Source of the DNA: Octopus vulgaris
Lineage: Eukaryota
Direction of reading: 5' to 3'
Assembly (NCBI GenBank): GCA_951406725.2
Contig: OX597815.1
Coordinates: forward strand, 1,116,001-1,180,000
DNA: 64,000 bases
The translations under genes were made by a program, and so were the position numbers. Position 1 is the first letter of the stretch. Every line of letters begins with the position of its first letter. This document shows, piece by piece, positions 40,546 to 54,659 of this stretch. The notes beneath the pieces were generated by a model, which was not told the origin of the DNA, did no database searches, and saw only the letters and a list, made by a program, of their open reading frames with translations.

Positions 40546-42345
40546 CCGATATGTTTCAGCCTTGAGGCTGTGGCCATGCTGGGGCATTGCCAATACACAA
40601 AATATTTTAATTTCTTTATACAATTGCAAATAATGTCTAATTGTAAAAAGACAGTAAGATTTTTTTTATCTCCTTCAAATGGTTCTGGAGGTTCTCATCA
40701 TCATCATCATCATCATCATCGTTCAACATCCGCTTTCCATGCTGGCATGGGTTGGATGGTTTGACTGAGGAGTGGCGAGCCAGATGGCTGCAGAGGGCGC
40801 CAATCTGATCTGGCAAGGTTTCTACAGATGGATGCCCTTCCTAACGCCAACCACTCTAAGAATGTAGTGGGTGCTTTTACATGCCACTGGCACGGGTGCC
40901 AGTCAGGCGGTTCTGGTGACAGAGTGAAATAGGAATCAAAGAAGTCTATAGACAAAAAATGGTTGAGTATCTCTAAAGCCAGACATTTGTGTCTGTCCCT
41001 TCTTCTTCTACTTGAGCCTCTCAACACTTGGCATGAAACCCACCTCCTTCCCTGCTACAACCCCGATCAGCTGAGGGGTCTTTCTGCTTGTCTTGTGAGT
41101 TACTTGATGACCTGACTAGTGCAGGTGTCATGGTAACAGCACCCAGTACACTCTGTGGAATGGATGGTATTAAGAAGAACACCCAGTCGCAGAAAATGTA
41201 CCAAAATAAACTCTGGCGCTTGACTTTGTCCTCTGACCCTTTGCATCCTGTCGAACCGTCCAATCCATGCCAGCATGACAGACAGACGTTTAATGATGAT
41301 GATGACAGTTGTGATACCTGTGCCAGTGGCACATAAAAAGCCCCATCCGAACATGGCCGATGCCAGCGCTGTCTTGACTGGCTTCCATGTTGGTGGCACA
41401 TAAAAAGCACCAACCAATCATGGCCGTTGCCAGCCTACCCTGGCACCTGTGCTGATGGCATGTAAAAAGCACCCACTACACTCACGGAGTTGTTGGCATT
41501 AGGAAGGGCATCCAGCTGTAGAAACACTGCCAGATAAGACTGGAGCCTGGGGCAGCCTCCTGGTTTCCCATATCCTGGTCGAACCGTCCAACCCATGCTA
41601 GCATGGAAAACAAACATTAAACGTTGATGATGATGATGATGATGATCATCATCATCATCATTGTTATCGTACAGTTAAGGGTCAAGTGGAATTTTGTTGA
41701 GACAGATTTTCTACAGCTGGATGCCCTTCCTGTCACCAATCCTCGTCTGTTTCCAGACAAGGTAATACTTTCTCATGGCTGGACAGGTTTTCAAAGAAGA
41801 TGAAAAATAAAGGGTGTATCTACAATAAATCAGTTATTCTTCTACAATTCTTTTATAAAAATAATAATAATAATAATAATAATACACACACTGAAACACA
41901 TACAGTCACATGCACACACACACACACACACATATATGCATGTATCATGACGATGGGCTTCCACACAGTTTCTGCCTGCCAAATTCACTCATATGGCTTT
42001 GTCTGACCCAAGACTATACTAGAAGACACCAGCCCAAAGTGCTACACAGTGGGATTGAACTTGAAACCATGGGGTTTGGAAGCAGATGTGACTAACTCTA
42101 TACAATTCTTAGACCAATAATGTCAGAATTCTTCTTCTTCTTCTTCTTCTTCTTCTTCTTCTTCTTCTTCTTCTCTTTCTTCTTCTTCTCTTTCTTCTTC
42201 TTCTCCTCCTCCTCCTCTGCCGCCACCACTGCCACCACCACTAATACCACCACCACCACCACCACCACCACCATCATCATCATCATGAAGCTGTATTTGA
42301 TTCAGAAGTAAAAAATGTGTTTTTTTTTTCGTTTTTTTTCCCCAG

Positions 42346-42496
42346 CTTGTAAAGATGAACTGGACCAAGAAACGGTAAAACGGATTCGCCATGTAATAAC
42401 AGAAATTAGCAGAACTGAAGAAGCAGCCAAAGCTCTTTCTTCTGGAGACATGACCAAATTTGGTAAACTCATGGTGGACAGTCACATCTCTCTCAG
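42346..42496 (+). CDS. GALK1: Galactokinase exon 5 (151 nt)
   Basis: cccag|(A)CKDELDQETVKRIRHVITEI...FGKLMVDSHISL ag|gtcagt; phase 1 to 2. Confidence 0.95.
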
Positions 42497-42660
42497 GTCA
42501 GTTGACCTTTTTTTTTTTTTCATTTCCTTTCTTTCACTATTTTCGTCTGAACGACAGAGAAAATATTTTGAAATTCACAAAAAGCAGTTAGGCCTCAGTT
42601 CTGTAATATCCTACGGTGTGAAAACATGGCTTAGTGGTCGGGGTATTTGGTTCAGGATTG

Positions 42661-43040
42661 GAGGCGCAATGGCCCAGTGGTTAGGGCAGCGGACTCGCGG
42701 TCGTAGGATCGCGGTTTCGATTCCCAGACCGGGCGTTGAGAGTGTTTATTGAGCGAAAACACCTAAAGCTCCATGAGGCTCTGGCAGGGGATGGTGGTGA
42801 TCTCTGCTGTACTCTTTCACCACAACTTTCACTCTTACTTCCTGTTTCTGTTGTACCTGTATTTCAAAGGGCCGGCCTTGTCACTCTCTGTGTCACGCTG
42901 AATATCCCTGAGAACTACGTTAAAGGTACACGTGTCTGTGGAGTGCTCAGCCACTTGCACGTTAATTTCACGAGCAGGCTGTTCCGTTGATCGGATCAAC
43001 CGGAACCCTCATCGTCGTAACCGACGGAGTGTTTCCATCC
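42661..43040 (+). mobile_element. Young tRNA-derived SINE (family C) with 16-bp TSD, nested in an older related SINE
   Basis: A box tggcccagtgg, B box ggtttcgattcc; TSD atttggttcaggattg at 42645-42660 and 43041-43056. Confidence 0.9.
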
Positions 43041-43415
43041 ATTTGGTTCAGGATTGTGTGGACGTGAGTTTCATTCCTGGAAGCATGTGCCCTTAAGCAA
43101 GACACTTTATTTCATGTTGCTCCACTCCACTCAGCTGGCAAAAATGAGTTGTACCAGTAATTCCATGGGGGCTGGCCTGATCATATCCTGTGTCATGCTG
43201 AATTTTCCTGAGAGTTACATTAAGAGTAGATGTGTCTGTGGAGCGCTCAGCCACTTGCACTTTCACAAGCAAGCTGTCCTGTGCTGATTGCATCAACTGG
43301 AATGATGTGTGGGTCAGCATTGTCCACCACGGGTTCTAAGTGACATACGCACATAACCTTCTGCAAGAGTAAAGTAGATGATGTTGAGGGAGAGAGGAAA
43401 CCATGGAGACATTAA

Positions 43416-43446
<31 letters not shown>

Positions 43447-45041
43447 AATAATGAGATTATTGTATACAGTGCTCAGGTGCACCACAACTTGTCAAAAGTG
43501 TGTATAAAGTATATGCAGTAATGTACAAATGTCTGGGAAGTGAACAGTGTATGAGTCAGATACATGCTTGTGTGTGTATGGAAGGGAGAAAATCAGGTGT
43601 AGTGTTGGTGAATCTCAGGAAGCATGGAAGTTTTGAAGGATGCAGTGCTCCGACAACTAACAACTGATGCCGGCAGTTTGTTCCATGCTTCAGCAACTCT
43701 CAGTGTGAAAAAATGTTTCCTAAAGTCATGGAAGGAGCTGTGCTGTTTTCTGACTTTGTAAACATGTCCACGGGTGTTAGACGGGTGGACATGTTGGAGG
43801 AAGTTGTGAAGGTTACAGAAAAGGGATTTTTGCGAAACTTATTTGGGACTCCTGACGCCCTGTTCCTTGTGAGACAACTTCAAAAGGAGTTCGTGTCTAT
43901 GAGTAAACTGCTGTCTCTAGTGTTGGGTGTAGCAAGGGAAGAGCTTTTGACGAGGTCTCCTGTGCTTTGATTTCAAGGTCGCAAAGGAAACTAGTAGATA
44001 AATGGCTGATGAGGGTTTTACGAGCTGCAAATCAAAATATAGTGAACAAGGGTGAGAATCAGTACCAGTCATGTACTGGGGAAACACTGGATACGATCTA
44101 CTGCTCTCGTACTCTCATTTCCGTTTTTGTGTCTGTAAGGCTTTCATTATAATTCCAAGAGTTGCCTCCCCTCTTTTAATTAATCAATAATTTTTAATTA
44201 AAATTTCTTGTTCGTTTGTCGTGTTTAATAGGAGTCGAGTGTGGTTTCCAAGGGAGAGCATTCTTTTCAACTAATTGTATTCGTAATTACCTCCCTTGTA
44301 ATATCTCTTGTCCTGTCTCTAAAATGTTTTCATAAAACAAAACTGGATGAATTAAAGAAACAAAACCAGTTTTGTATCGGATCGCCAACGAATCTTTATT
44401 TTTGCTTCAGTGTTTATTTTGTTTATGTTGACGATATTTTTATTTTGGCGGGTCGCAGGGAACAAGAACGTCTCAATTCTAATTTTTCGTTCCACCCAAT
44501 GGAACTTCTTGGAAGATGTTTCTTATTACAAACAGGTCTTTTGTTGCTGTTGCTATTGTTGTTGTTGTTGCCGTTGCTTCTGCTGCTGCTGCTGTTGTTT
44601 TTTGTTTGTTTAGTTGTTTGTTTAACCACAGGTCAGTCCTGACTGAGAAGACCTATGGCCAGAAGTATTCTAGCCGTGACCATCACTTCCTTTTCTTTCT
44701 GGCTCAATTGTTCACTCTTCAGAGAGAGATGTAGCTGCCGTTTCTTGCATGTTCTTCGACCACAAAGAGACATCCTTGTTAGCTCAAAAACGATTACTAT
44801 TTCTGTTTAACCCGAGGCCTAACTGATTGGACAGGTCGATGGCATTGTTCCAGCCATGACAGTCCCTATTGAAGCTCATTTCTCAATGTTTCCTTTCTTT
44901 ATTTAAGCAGGTAGATGTGGTTAGAGCAAGATTTGGTGGACTCATACACTGTTCACTTCCCAGACATTTCTACATCACTGCAGATGCTTTATATGCACTT
45001 TTGACAAGTTGTGGGGCACCTGAGCACTGTATACAATAATT

Positions 45042-45085
<44 letters not shown>

Positions 45086-47666
45086 TTAATATCGTGTGAC
45101 CATGTTGCTGCTGTGGTTTGAAGTAAAAATAATGAAGATTCAGGAACTTCATTATGAATTTACTTAATTTCTGGAAAGGAAAAAGTTGATAATACAAACC
45201 TAGCAAACCCACCTGTGCTGGGATATCTCATGTTTATATTTGATAGCATCACCATCATTATCATCATTTCATTTCTTGCATAAGTAGGATGGAGTTTATT
45301 AAGACAGATTTTCTGTGCCTGGATGCCCTTCCTGTTGCCAACCCTTGTAGACTATTAGTGAATGACACTGCTTGTATAACGGTGAGACTCGTTTACAACA
45401 ATCCCATAATTTGAAGACAGAAACAATCACACATGTTGGGTTTCTTTCAGATTCCATCTACCAAATTCCCTCACAAGGTTTTGGTCAGCCTGGGGTCATT
45501 GTAGGAGGCACTTGTCTAAAATGCCATGCAGTGGAACTGAACTCAAGACCCCAGGGTTGGAAAGCAAGCTTCTTCACCATACAGCCGTGTCTGCACCTTA
45601 TGTGTTGGATATATTGAACAAAAAAGATGCCTTAGTGAGGAAGGTTTGGGTGCCAAATTCCCCCACGGTACTTTTGGGTGTCATCATAAAAATTGCCATA
45701 CTTCTTGTGTCCATCTCATCGTTGCTGGGCAGCAGACATTGACAACAGTTCTTGTCATATTCGATTCCTGTTTAACACTTGATAATGTCTGACTATCACA
45801 TGATCAAGTCACATGACCATGTCTCCTGTTGCTCATTGGACTTCGGCCACCACACTCCTCACCCACCCATGGTCAGTTATTGCTAGAATATACAGCATTA
45901 TAATAATAATAATAATAATAATAATGAAATGATTGTATGCAGTGCTCAGGTGCCCCACAACTTGTCAAAAGTGCGTATAAAGCATATGCAGTAATGTACA
46001 AATGTCTGGGAAGTGAACAGTGTATGAGTCAGATACATGCTTGCGTGTGTATGGAGGGGAGAAAGATCAGGTGTAGTGTTGGCGAATCTCAGGAGGCATG
46101 GAAGTTTTGAAGGATGCAGTGCTCCGACAACTAACAACTGATGCCGGCAGTCTGTTCCATGCTTCAGCAACTCTTAGCATGAAAAAATGTTTCCGAAAGT
46201 CCTGGAAGGAGCTGTGCTGTTTTCTGACTTTGTAAAGATGTCCACGGGTGTTAGACAGGTGAAAAGGTGCTCAGAGTTATTGTTTGTAAGATGGTTAATA
46301 ATTTTATGGGTGTCTGCCAAGTCAGCTGCCAGACGTCGGAGTTTCAATGTATCCAAGCCCAGGGAAGTAAGGTGTTCAGCATAGAGCGTTCATTGTCTTG
46401 AACTGTTAACATTTATTGTTTAGAATTTTTCATGCTTGAAATACTTGGCTGTTTTGGCACTAAAACAACATTGATTCTATGTCTGATGAGTAAGTCTTTC
46501 CTTTTGACTACCATTATTGGATAGAAACAGTGCTAGGAATTCCTGATGATCATGGTACCATTATTTGAAATACTTAGCAGCATTTCATCTGTCTTCATGT
46601 TCTGAGTCCAAATTCTGCTGGACTTGCATAATTTGTGGGTTTTTTTTTTGGTGCCCCTGAAATCCTGTTCAATTCATCGGAGGTGACACCTGTTGGTGCA
46701 GCTTCACTAGGAAGGAGAGTTTTGTGCTTGCATTTCTAGGTGTCAGGGTTGATCCCAAAGCTCTTCAGTGAGGCTTTGCATGTGCCCTTGAAGTAATTTT
46801 TCAGTCCACATTGTGTCAGGCATTCGGACAAAATGGCTTGCCCACCTGATTTGTGCTCTGCTCAGCAATGTGTAAATGCTTGGCAGATCAGCTCCAGAGA
46901 GGATCTCTATGACTAGGACCTTAGTCCTGCCACATCACTTTCATCATCTTTCTCAGGCAGTTCATGGGGAAGAGGTTTAGCTTTTTGCCGTGACATTTGT
47001 AAACTGTCCAAGTCTTATAGGTGCAGCATAGCGAATATACAATTGCTCGAGACGCCTTCAACGTGGTGGCCTAATGCCTCTCCTCTCTCACACTGATTCA
47101 CACACACACACACATTTCGAAACCAGGATATACAAGACAGTGTATATAATATATCCATACATGAATTTATGAGGCATAAACCAAAGATGCACTCATGTGC
47201 ACTCATGTATGCATGCAGCTGCACCTTATGCCCTCCACCTCACCCTTTCCTCTCTCTTAAATTTTAGGATTCCAGTACAAACAAAAGCACAAACCTTCTG
47301 TGTGGTTGCTTCATCTGCTAGAAATAGTAATGCGACCTTCCTCAGATGACACTTGGTCATGGCTAGAAGACCATTAAAACTGTGGTCACTGCAGGTTGAC
47401 CTGGGGTTAAATAACAACACCCCCCCCACCCCGCCGTCTCCCTTCTTATACTAACCTTCATTCTCATAGGTTCTCTTAATTAACACTAATTACGATGCTA
47501 GCAATTATTGTTTCTAGGCATTTAATGACCTTTTCCTAATTAGGTCAATTAGTTTTGCTGTTGTATCAGAGTATGGGGGAGGTGTCGGGGGTGGAAAAAG
47601 TAAATTTAGTTTCAGTTTTAAGTCAGAACTTGTGCCGTATTAGAAGTGATAATGGCTGCCTGTAGT

Positions 47667-47698
<32 letters not shown>

Positions 47699-47931
47699 AT
47701 GTTATTGTTAGGGTAGCAGTAGTATGGCTGTAGTGCTTTACCCTTATTATCCCACCCAGATCAAACACTAAACTTAGCAACACAATCTGTAAATTCCTCC
47801 TCTGCCTCCTCCTCCTCTGCCTCCTCCTCCTCCATCCCTAAAATAATATAAAAAGTTTGTTATGTCATTTAATGACTCACATTTCCTGTTTTAATATTTT
47901 CATTAAGTCAAGTTGTTTTAATTGATTTACT

Positions 47932-48502
<571 letters not shown>

Positions 48503-48687
48503 TTTTCTCCTCCTCCTCCTCCTCCTCATCATCATCATCATCATCATAATCACCATCATCATCATCTCTTCCCCTGCTTCTTTTTCTTCCTTTTCTTCTT
48601 CTTTGTTACTTTTTTTTACTTATTTTTTTTTATTCATTTATTTTTATTTATTTATTTATTTATTATTATTGTTTCTTCCCTTTCCAG

Positions 48688-48850
48688 AGACGATTATGAA
48701 GTTTCCTGTCCTGAGTTGGACCAACTTGTTGATGCTGCCTTACAAATGGATGGTGTCTACGGTTCACGGATGACCGGTGGCGGCTTCGGTGGCTGCACAG
48801 TGACGTTGGTAACCAAGAGTGCAGTTGCATCTGTCATGCAACACATCAGG
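48688..48850 (+). CDS. GALK1: Galactokinase exon 6 (163 nt)
   Basis: tccag|(R)[14 protein letters not shown]...[20 protein letters not shown]...HIR|gtcagc; phase 2 to 0. Confidence 0.97.
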
Positions 48851-49102
48851 GTCAGCATCAATTTCTTCCCTGCTCATTACTTTCTCTCTTTTCTTTTCTG
48901 CCTCATTAAGAGGAGGAGGGTGTCTATGCTCCTGTCTACGACATTTACCCGCCCCACCCCATGGACAATAAACCCCTAAAGACAAATGACCCCTGAGGAC
49001 AACAGATGATGATTTAAAACTTCTTGATATATTGAAAAGAGGGGGGAATTGTTCTAGGGGGTAGTTGTCGTTGGGGGAGGGAATTGTACTGATACGATCT
49101 AT

Positions 49103-49135
<33 letters not shown>

Positions 49136-49734
49136 AAGGTGGCCTGGCTTAGTGGTTTGGTTATTTGGATCAGGATAAATAAGGTTCTGAGCTGGATTTC
49201 TGGTGGTGCATTGTGTTCTTGAGCAAGACTCTTTATTTCATGTAGTTGTAACCCTCGTGCCGGTGGCACGTAAAAAGCACCATCCGAACGTGGCTGATGC
49301 CAGCACTGCCTTGACTGGCTTCCGTGCCAGTGACATGTAAAAAGCATCATCCGATTGTGGTCGATGCCAGCTCCTCTGGCCCCTGTGCCGGTGGCACGTA
49401 AAAAGCACTCACTACACTCATGGAGTGGTTGGCGTTAGGTAGGGCATCCAGCTGTAGAAACATTGCCAGATCAGACTGGAGCCTGGTGCAGCCTTCTGGC
49501 TTCCCAGACCCCGGTCGAACCGTCCAACCCATGCCAGCAGGGAAAGCGGACGTTAAACGATGATGATGATGATGATGATGCTTCATTCCACTCAGCTGGT
49601 AAAAATAAGTTGTACCTGTAATTCACAAGGAGCCAACCTTGTCCCATTCTGTGTCTTGCTGAATCTCCCTGAGAACTACGTTAAGGATTCATATGTCTGT
49701 GGGATACTCAACCACTTACTCTGTTCCTCACATC

Positions 49735-49834
49735 NNNNNNNNNNNNNNNNNNNNNNNNNNNNNNNNNNNNNNNNNNNNNNNNNNNNNNNNNNNNNNNNNN
49801 NNNNNNNNNNNNNNNNNNNNNNNNNNNNNNNNNN
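49735..49834. other. Assembly gap (100 N)
   Basis: Run of N with ttcctcacatc repeated on both sides. Confidence 1.
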
Positions 49835-49891
49835 TTCCTCACATCAACTGGAACACTCATTGTTCTCACTGACAGAGTGTCATTATATATA

Positions 49892-50235
49892 TACGAGGTG
49901 GTATCAAAACGTTCCCAGACTAGTTCCGTAGCATGCCAACAGATGGCAGCACATGGCTGCATGCTCAGTGGCAGCTAGCAGTGACCTTCGTAAGTCAGTG
50001 TGCCAAGTGACATTGTTGTGTTTATTTCACAAGTTGTGTTATCTGTGTTCTTGTGATCACGGGTGTGCTTTAGCCTGATTTCTTTCATGGTCAGGAAGTT
50101 GGAACAAAGAACCAACATGAAGTTTTTGCGTTAAACTTGGGAAGTCTGCTACAGAGAAATTGAACATGTTTTGGCAAGCTTATGGCGATAAAGCAATGAT
50201 TTTGAGTGGCACGGGCAATTCAAAAGCAGACAACA
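49892..50235 (+). mobile_element. 5' fragment of a second mariner family
   Basis: TA-CGAGGTGGTATCAAAA terminus; from 50087 MVRKLEQRTNMKF/CVKLGKSATEKLNMFWQAYGDKAM, the mariner N-terminal HTH with a frameshift. Confidence 0.8.
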
Positions 50236-50437
50236 GTGTGTGTGTGTGTGTGTATACTGTTTCTTTACTGTTGCTATATAAAGGGGACAGTGTTTATACA
50301 TCTGTGTTTATACAGTGTTTATACATATCTATTATATATGGTTATGTCCTCATTAAAATATATGACAGTTGATGAAATGGTTTGCCTTACAAAACTTACT
50401 ACACTCTCTATGCCATTAGTTTTCTTCTCTCTACAAC

Positions 50438-50482
<45 letters not shown>

Positions 50483-51446
50483 CCATTAGTTTTATTTTTA
50501 TCACATGCTTTCACTTCACTACCGGAGCGCAGCTCTGTGTGCCTTGGGTATGTGCTGTGGTTTGTTGTGGTGCTCTTATTTTCACTGTATTGAAAGTGTT
50601 TTGCGTAGGATGTGTGCAGTGCCTAGTAGTGCTATTTTCTGTATGTTATATATACCTGTTAGTCCTGGTGTTTTTGTTATGTATTATTGTTATTGTTGTT
50701 GTTGTTGCTGCTGCTGTTGCTGTTGTTGTTGTTGAGTGAGAGAGCAACACATGCCATCAAAATGACATCAGGGTACAAATATATGAAGTCCAACATACCC
50801 ATCATGGCTACTCTTTTGATAAGGTATATGCATCACAACCATACGTGTGTGTGACATGGTGATCTCTTATCCAGATAAACAACACATGACCTTGCAGGTG
50901 GCGCCCAGTTGCAATTTTCTTCAGGTCAAGTAGCCCATCATGCTCAAAAGTTCTCTGAATAAGAGATGTTTAAGAATATTTCCAGGGATGAATTATCCAA
51001 ACCCCAAAGAATCCCTCTCAACACATGGCTATGATGCTCCACCACTACTTCTGCTCGTGATCAGAGATGCACATATCATCAGCCACTAAGGGACATGCTC
51101 AACTGGTTAAGGTCAAACAACTGACAAGCAAATCTGTGGTATTGAGCAGAATATTTTCTGTAGCCCATCTATTATACCAAGACAAAACAATGTACATTTT
51201 AACACTTCTAATCAGTTAAGATCAGAAGCCATGAGAGCCACAGCCTGGTACCGCATCAGGGCATTTATTATTATTATTTGTGAGAATGCATAGCCTAGTA
51301 TTTAGGGTGTTGCACTCATGATCAGGAGAGTGTGGGTTCAATTCCTAGACCAGGTGGTGCATTGTGTACTTGAGGGAAACACTTCATTTCATGCTGCTCT
51401 ACAATCACTTTGACACCTGACGCATAGTGCACCGTACACCTGTTAA

Positions 51447-52089
51447 CCCTTTCGTTAACAACCCGGCTGAAACCGTCTCTGGCTCTGTAATACAAATGTC
51501 TTGTTTTCATAAGTTTTGAATTAAAATCTTCCACCAAACCTTAATCACAATTTGTGTTCCTAAAACTAGCTGAATGATAATAATCAAGTTATTTTAGTAA
51601 ATTCTTTCTATTACTCTTTTACTCTTTTTACTCTTTTACTTGTTTTAGTCATTTGACTGCGGCCATGCTGGAGCACCGCCTTTAGTCAAGCAACTCGACC
51701 CCAGGACTTATTCTTTGTAAGCCCAGTAGTCTATCGGTCTCTTTTTGCCGAACTGCTAAGTAACGGGGATGTAAACACACCAGCATCGGTTGTCAAGCAA
51801 TGCTAGGGGGACAAACACAGACACACAAACACACACACACATACATATATATATACATATATACGATGGGCTTCTTTCAGTTTCCGTCTACCAAATCCAC
51901 TCACAAGGCTTTGGTCGGCCCGAGGCTATAGTAGAAGACACTTGCCCAAGGTGCCACGCAGTGGGACTGAACCCGGAACCATGTGGTTGGTAAGCAAGCT
52001 ACCTACCACACAGCCACTCCTACGCCTATTATTTAAAATTAATTGAAAGAAACAGAGAGCATTTCAACAGAAATACGGTAACAAAAGGG
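51447..52089. mobile_element. piggyBac-type MITE containing a nested family-A SINE (51612-52026)
   Basis: TTAA|CCCTTTCGTTA ... TAACAAAAGGG|TTAA, with TTAA at 51443-51446 and 52090-52093. Confidence 0.85.
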
Positions 52090-52259
52090 TTAAAGCAACG
52101 TTGATTTGATGGAGGGAGTGAGCTATGTGATGTACTGTACATTGCACCTTTAACGAGTTGTATGTGCACCTGAGCACTATACACAATAATTTCATTATTT
52201 TATAATTTTCTTCCTATTTAAAATATTTTGTAATGTTTTTTTATCTTTTTATTTTTCAG

Positions 52260-52331
52260 AAAAAATATCCGGGTCAGCCTACTTTTTATGTGTGTCCCCC
52301 GTCTGAGGGTGCCCGTCAGTTGAAGCTATGA
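52260..52331 (+). CDS. GALK1: Galactokinase exon 7 (72 nt coding including TGA); missed by the ORF track
   Basis: tttttcag|KKYPGQPTFYVCPPSEGARQLKL*; total CDS 1170 nt = 389 aa. Confidence 0.92.
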   Translation, partial: KKYPGQPTFYVCPPSEGARQLKL

Positions 52332-52442
52332 CACATTTAAACTACAAACACATTAAACACTTTGTCTTTTTTTTTTTTTTGAAAACTTATTTTTTTTAAT
52401 GTTTTTTTTTTTGTAATCATTTTGAAGGTTCGTTAATCTGAA

Positions 52443-52448
52443 AATAAA
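52443..52448 (+). terminator. Candidate GALK polyadenylation signal AATAAA (alternative ATTAAA at 52352)
   Basis: First canonical hexamer, ~110 nt after the stop codon. Confidence 0.5.
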
Positions 52449-54659
52449 ATGGAATTAAATGGGTTTGTATAACTGAAACAGGTCAAATCTAATTTATATA
52501 TTTTATAGTAATTAAAGAATTGTGAGTTTAATGATTGGAACTGGCTTCTAGAGAGCAGCCATAATCAGGGAATTAACCTACAATGGTTAGGATTTATTAA
52601 TGCAAATAAGGGGCAGATAGCAGGGTTTGTGTTAACTTGTCTATGGGACAAGTATTTTTTGATAGGGTTTAAACCTGGGCTGGATTTCTCCTTCAAAATG
52701 TTGATAAGTTCTATAAAATCTCACGTCTTTAAACATTGAAGTACTCAATACCTACCTGAAGTGACATGTGTGGAAGCTGGTCTTTGTGGAGGAATTTTAA
52801 TTTTAATGGTGATGCTGTTGAATCTCTACCATGGCTACAATTCCATGAACGGATAATGGTTAATCTGAGGTGTCTCGCACACACACACACACACACACAT
52901 GGATAGATACACATGCAGACACTTATAAGAATGGATATGGACACACACACTTATAAAAGTTAAATCCAATTGCAGATGATGCTGATGATGTTGGTGTTTA
53001 TTTGAGACTAATAAATATACAGGTGTGTGTATCACGGTATGGACAAAAACTAGCGGATGTTGTTATACACGCTGGCCACAGTGCACTTCCTTGCATTGTT
53101 GTAGCTTTTGAATACTGCCCTCCCACTGGGCGGGCAGCAGGTTGACATTCCTCATGGATAGGATGCCAGTCCACCACAGGTTCACTCACCTACAGCTGAG
53201 TGGACTGGAGCAATGTGAAATGAAGTGTTTGGCTTAAAAGCTGGTCTGGGAGTTGAAACCATGATCACAAGGTCATGAGTGCAACACCCTAACCATGGGG
53301 GCATATGTAACTTATCAGGGAGTGGTCATCATCATCATCATCATCATCATCTTGAAAATACAAAATATCTGAAATGATAATTGTGCAGTGCTTTGAGCAA
53401 GTGTTTTCAATTATGGACTCAGACTGACAAAAGCCTTGTCAGTGGATTCGGTTGATGGAGACTGGAAGAAGCCCTTTATGTGTGTTGTGTGCTAGTTGTA
53501 AGCAAGCTTCACCTTCATACAAGCAGTGTCGTTCATTTCCATTATTGTGTGAAAACCACGTATGGCCATGGAAGGAAATATTACCTTGTTTGAAAGCAGG
53601 TGAGGCTTAGCAATCAGAAGGGCTTCCAGCCAAAGAAGGTTTGCTAGGATGAATTCTAATTGACCCATAAAATCATGATGGTGTTTGAGGATGTCCCAAT
53701 AAAATATTTTTTCTATATTCCTGACTTCAAGATTTCTTTTTGTGTTGATTGAATTTTTATTCCTGGAGAATCATTTCCATGGGTTTTTCATTTGAGCACA
53801 ATTATTTCTGCTGTCTTGGATAACCTTAAAATGGCCGACCTATGCTTAGGTATGGCCCACAAGGACCTGCTGCTATATCTGGGCCTGTGCTGTTGCTTCT
53901 ACAATACTCAGACATCAAGAGACAAAAGACCCAGCCTATGACCCAAGCACCTGCTGTGGCCACTCTCCATCTATTTTACTGCTACTACAATGGCATTTGA
54001 TCCTCAGAGATGTTTCACACCTCCTCCTCCTCTTCCTCCTCCACCTCATGCTCTCTTGACTTACTCATCTCTCCACCAATCATTGACCATATACCATCTC
54101 CCCTCCCCTACCCACATACCAATCCTACACTATGAACAGTCCCTTTTTCATCCCCCCAGGCTGACCCTCAAGAACTCCCTCCCTGCAATCACCAATATGT
54201 AAGTATTTTATAGAAAAACATTAACTACAGTTTTAGGGGCAGGGTGTCTCTGAAAGCCATCAACATGACTCTGCCCACTCCCTGCCTGACAGACCCAAAT
54301 AAGAAACTTTGGGCATTTAATTACTGATTTGTTCATTAATTAGGATGGTGGCTGTGTTTTGCTGAGGTGGCCAAAACATGTCAGGAGTTATCTTTTACAC
54401 GTGATTGAAAAAATACTGGATGAAGGAGGAGGTTAGTTGATTTAATCAACCCCAGTACATGACTGGTACTTCATTGTATTGATTCCAGAAGAATGAAAGA
54501 CAGTTGACTCAGAATGCAAAAAGCTGGAACTAAGCACCAAAAGACATTTTGCCTGATGCTCTAAAGAGTCTTTGAAACCATTTTTAGACTAATATTGTTT
54601 TAATCCTAGCCACATAATTAATTCTAATTAATTTGTTAATGTCCTTTTCATTAAATAAG

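Noticed and set aside
39365-41883. ~65-bp direct repeat (39365 and 41818) as a TSD or LTR pair
   Set aside because: Ends in (AAT)n and looks like two independent 5'-truncated retroelement tails; too long for a TSD.
42661-42735. tRNA gene
   Set aside because: A and B boxes are present, but it continues into a SINE body with a TSD and has no proper acceptor stem or poly-T terminator.
46470-46580. Two CTGATGA...GAAA hammerhead-like strings
   Set aside because: Stem II does not abut GAAA and stems I and III do not pair convincingly.
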